64,000 nt of DNA from a virus (taxonomy: Duplodnaviria > Caudoviricetes), in IMG/VR virus record IMGVR_UViG_3300025913_000019; one strand, 5' to 3'. The notes under the pieces are model-generated. The model saw nothing but the letters and a program-made list of their open reading frames with translations. It had not been told where the DNA came from and did no database searches. Positions 62,944 to 64,000 of the stretch are shown in pieces. How positions within the stretch are numbered: the first letter of the stretch is position 1; every line of letters begins with the position of its first letter. The translations under genes were made by a program, and so were the position numbers.

Positions 62944-63840
62944 ATGTCGAAGACTGAAAACAAGCTGGTGAACGGTGTCTCTTGCGTCCTGGCCGCGATC
63001 CAGCGTGCCAGCGTCCTGAGCGCCGCCCTCGACGTCGCGAAGTTCCGCGACACCTTCAAGCTCACCTCGATGGGCAAGAAGCGGATCGCGTCGGCCATCG
63101 ACGACCTGCTGACCACGGAGCTGATCGTCAACCAGTTCGGCCCGTGGGTGCTGGCCGAGATCGAGCACCCGAACTACCAGCTGTCGGCCGCGACGGGCAA
63201 CACCGTCGTCCTCTTCCACAAGGAAGGGGCGCCGAATCCGGGCGCCGATGTCGTGGCCGGGTACGGCACCAAGCCGGCGGGCGACGACGAGGACGACTCG
63301 GAGATCGATGATGACCCCGACAACAAGAAGCCGGCCGCGTTCGACGCAATGAACGCGGATGCGATCGACGACAAGGAGCGCGCGGCGTGGGACGCGTTCA
63401 TGGCGCTGGTGGCGCAGGAATACAAGGACGCCTTCACCTGGGCTCAACTCGAGTTCCTGTGGTCGAAGGGTGTCTTCTATGACGATGCCTCTACGGCGCT
63501 CTCGATCCCGTACCTGCGAGTCATGGTCGCCAACCACGACCGTGAGTCGAGCCAAGCGATCAAGGATGCGGAGTCGGACTACTACGCGTCGATCCAGTCG
63601 GAGTTCAAGGCCGACGACTGGGAATGGCTGCTGCGTGAAGGCCTGGTCGGCGAGAACGCGGACTCGCCGGCTCTCGCGGTCGAGAAGCTGCGCGATGCGC
63701 TCGAGCGCAAGGCGCCCAAGACCAAGGTGAAGAAGGCCAAGGCTGGCAAGGCCAGCGTCAAGGAAGCGCTGGCCTCGAACGCGAAGCGCAAGGCAGCTCC
63801 GAAGGCCAAGAAGGCGCCGGCGAAGAAGGCCGGCAAGTAA
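62944..63840 (+). CDS. acidic protein with Lys/Ala-rich histone-H1-like C-terminal tail
   Basis: 298 aa; ends KAAPKAKKAPAKKAGK. Confidence 0.72.
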   Translation: MSKTENKLVNGVSCVLAAIQRASVLSAALDVAKFRDTFKLTSMGKKRIASAIDDLLTTELIVNQFGPWVLAEIEHPNYQLSAATGNTVVLFHKEGAPNPGADVVAGYGTKPAGDDEDDSEIDDDPDNKKPAAFDAMNADAIDDKERAAWDAFMALVAQEYKDAFTWAQLEFLWSKGVFYDDASTALSIPYLRVMVANHDRESSQAIKDAESDYYASIQSEFKADDWEWLLREGLVGENADSPALAVEKLRDALERKAPKTKVKKAKAGKASVKEALASNAKRKAAPKAKKAPAKKAGK

Positions 63841-63850
63841 GGCCGTAGAC

Positions 63851-63882
63851 AAGGGGTCGATCTCAACCGGGGTCGACCCCTT
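63851..63882 (+). terminator. hairpin (terminator or RNA-processing stem)
   Basis: AAGGGGTCGA/TCGACCCCTT perfect 10-bp stem. Confidence 0.6.
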
Positions 63883-63933
63883 CTCCATTTCTGTGTCCCC
63901 AACTGTTCCATCCGACCTAGAAAGGTTACCGCA

Positions 63934-64000
63934 ATGAACCGCTACATCAAGTACGTCACGAGCCTCGGCTTCTCAGGTGTCACCGAAGCCGCGCAGAAGA
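63934..64000 (+). CDS. hypothetical protein, 5' fragment
   Basis: CTAGAAAGG RBS, MNRYIKYVTSLG..., open to the window end. Confidence 0.6.
   Translation, partial: MNRYIKYVTSLGFSGVTEAAQK

Noticed and set aside
10252-63911. Other long antisense or alternate-frame ORFs (e.g. 12677-14251, 23474-25228, 25981-27945, 32840-34789, 37833-40625, 56993-59017)
   Set aside because: Each overlaps a gene with clear family motifs and shows Arg/Ala/Gly-rich shadow composition.
1-64000. tRNA, rRNA, CRISPR array, IS or integrase
   Set aside because: No cloverleaf with a TTC-A T-loop in intergenic space, no regularly spaced repeats, and no transposase motifs seen by eye. A tRNAscan-SE run would be needed to exclude tRNAs.

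Overview
GC-rich (roughly 60-65% by eye), densely coding fragment of a large dsDNA tailed-phage genome with a jumbo-phage gene repertoire. No tRNA, rRNA, CRISPR array or IS was recognised. Genes from 1 to ~44.5 kb lie on the minus strand: giant SNF2-type ATPase, HNH, class Ia NrdAB, glycosyltransferase, probable virion proteins, SprT-like protease, Nudix, T7-gp0.7-like kinase, DEDDh exonuclease, type IB topoisomerase, DHFR/ThyA, a 7-deazaguanine operon (TGT/DpdA-like, QueC-like, QueE, FolE, QueD), primase, family A DNA polymerase and an SbcD-like nuclease. After a dyad-rich divergent gap at 44.5-44.9 kb, genes switch to the plus strand: SF2 and Dda-like helicases, a frameshifted NADAR, a Tad1-like protein, many small early-type ORFs, NAD-dependent ligase and a GNAT. 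The most notable observations are: (1) a recurrent N-terminal peptide LxA(K/A)xRL on seven unrelated proteins, a candidate capsid-loading signal; (2) a deazaguanine pathway with a QueC-like enzyme lacking its zinc domain plus unexplained accessory genes; (3) several predicted anti-defence enzymes; (4) two phage-specific promoter-like motif families and a repeated hairpin-plus-leader module. All family assignments rest on motif recognition by eye, with no database search. Start codons were adjusted by hand using RBS and stop/start overlaps.
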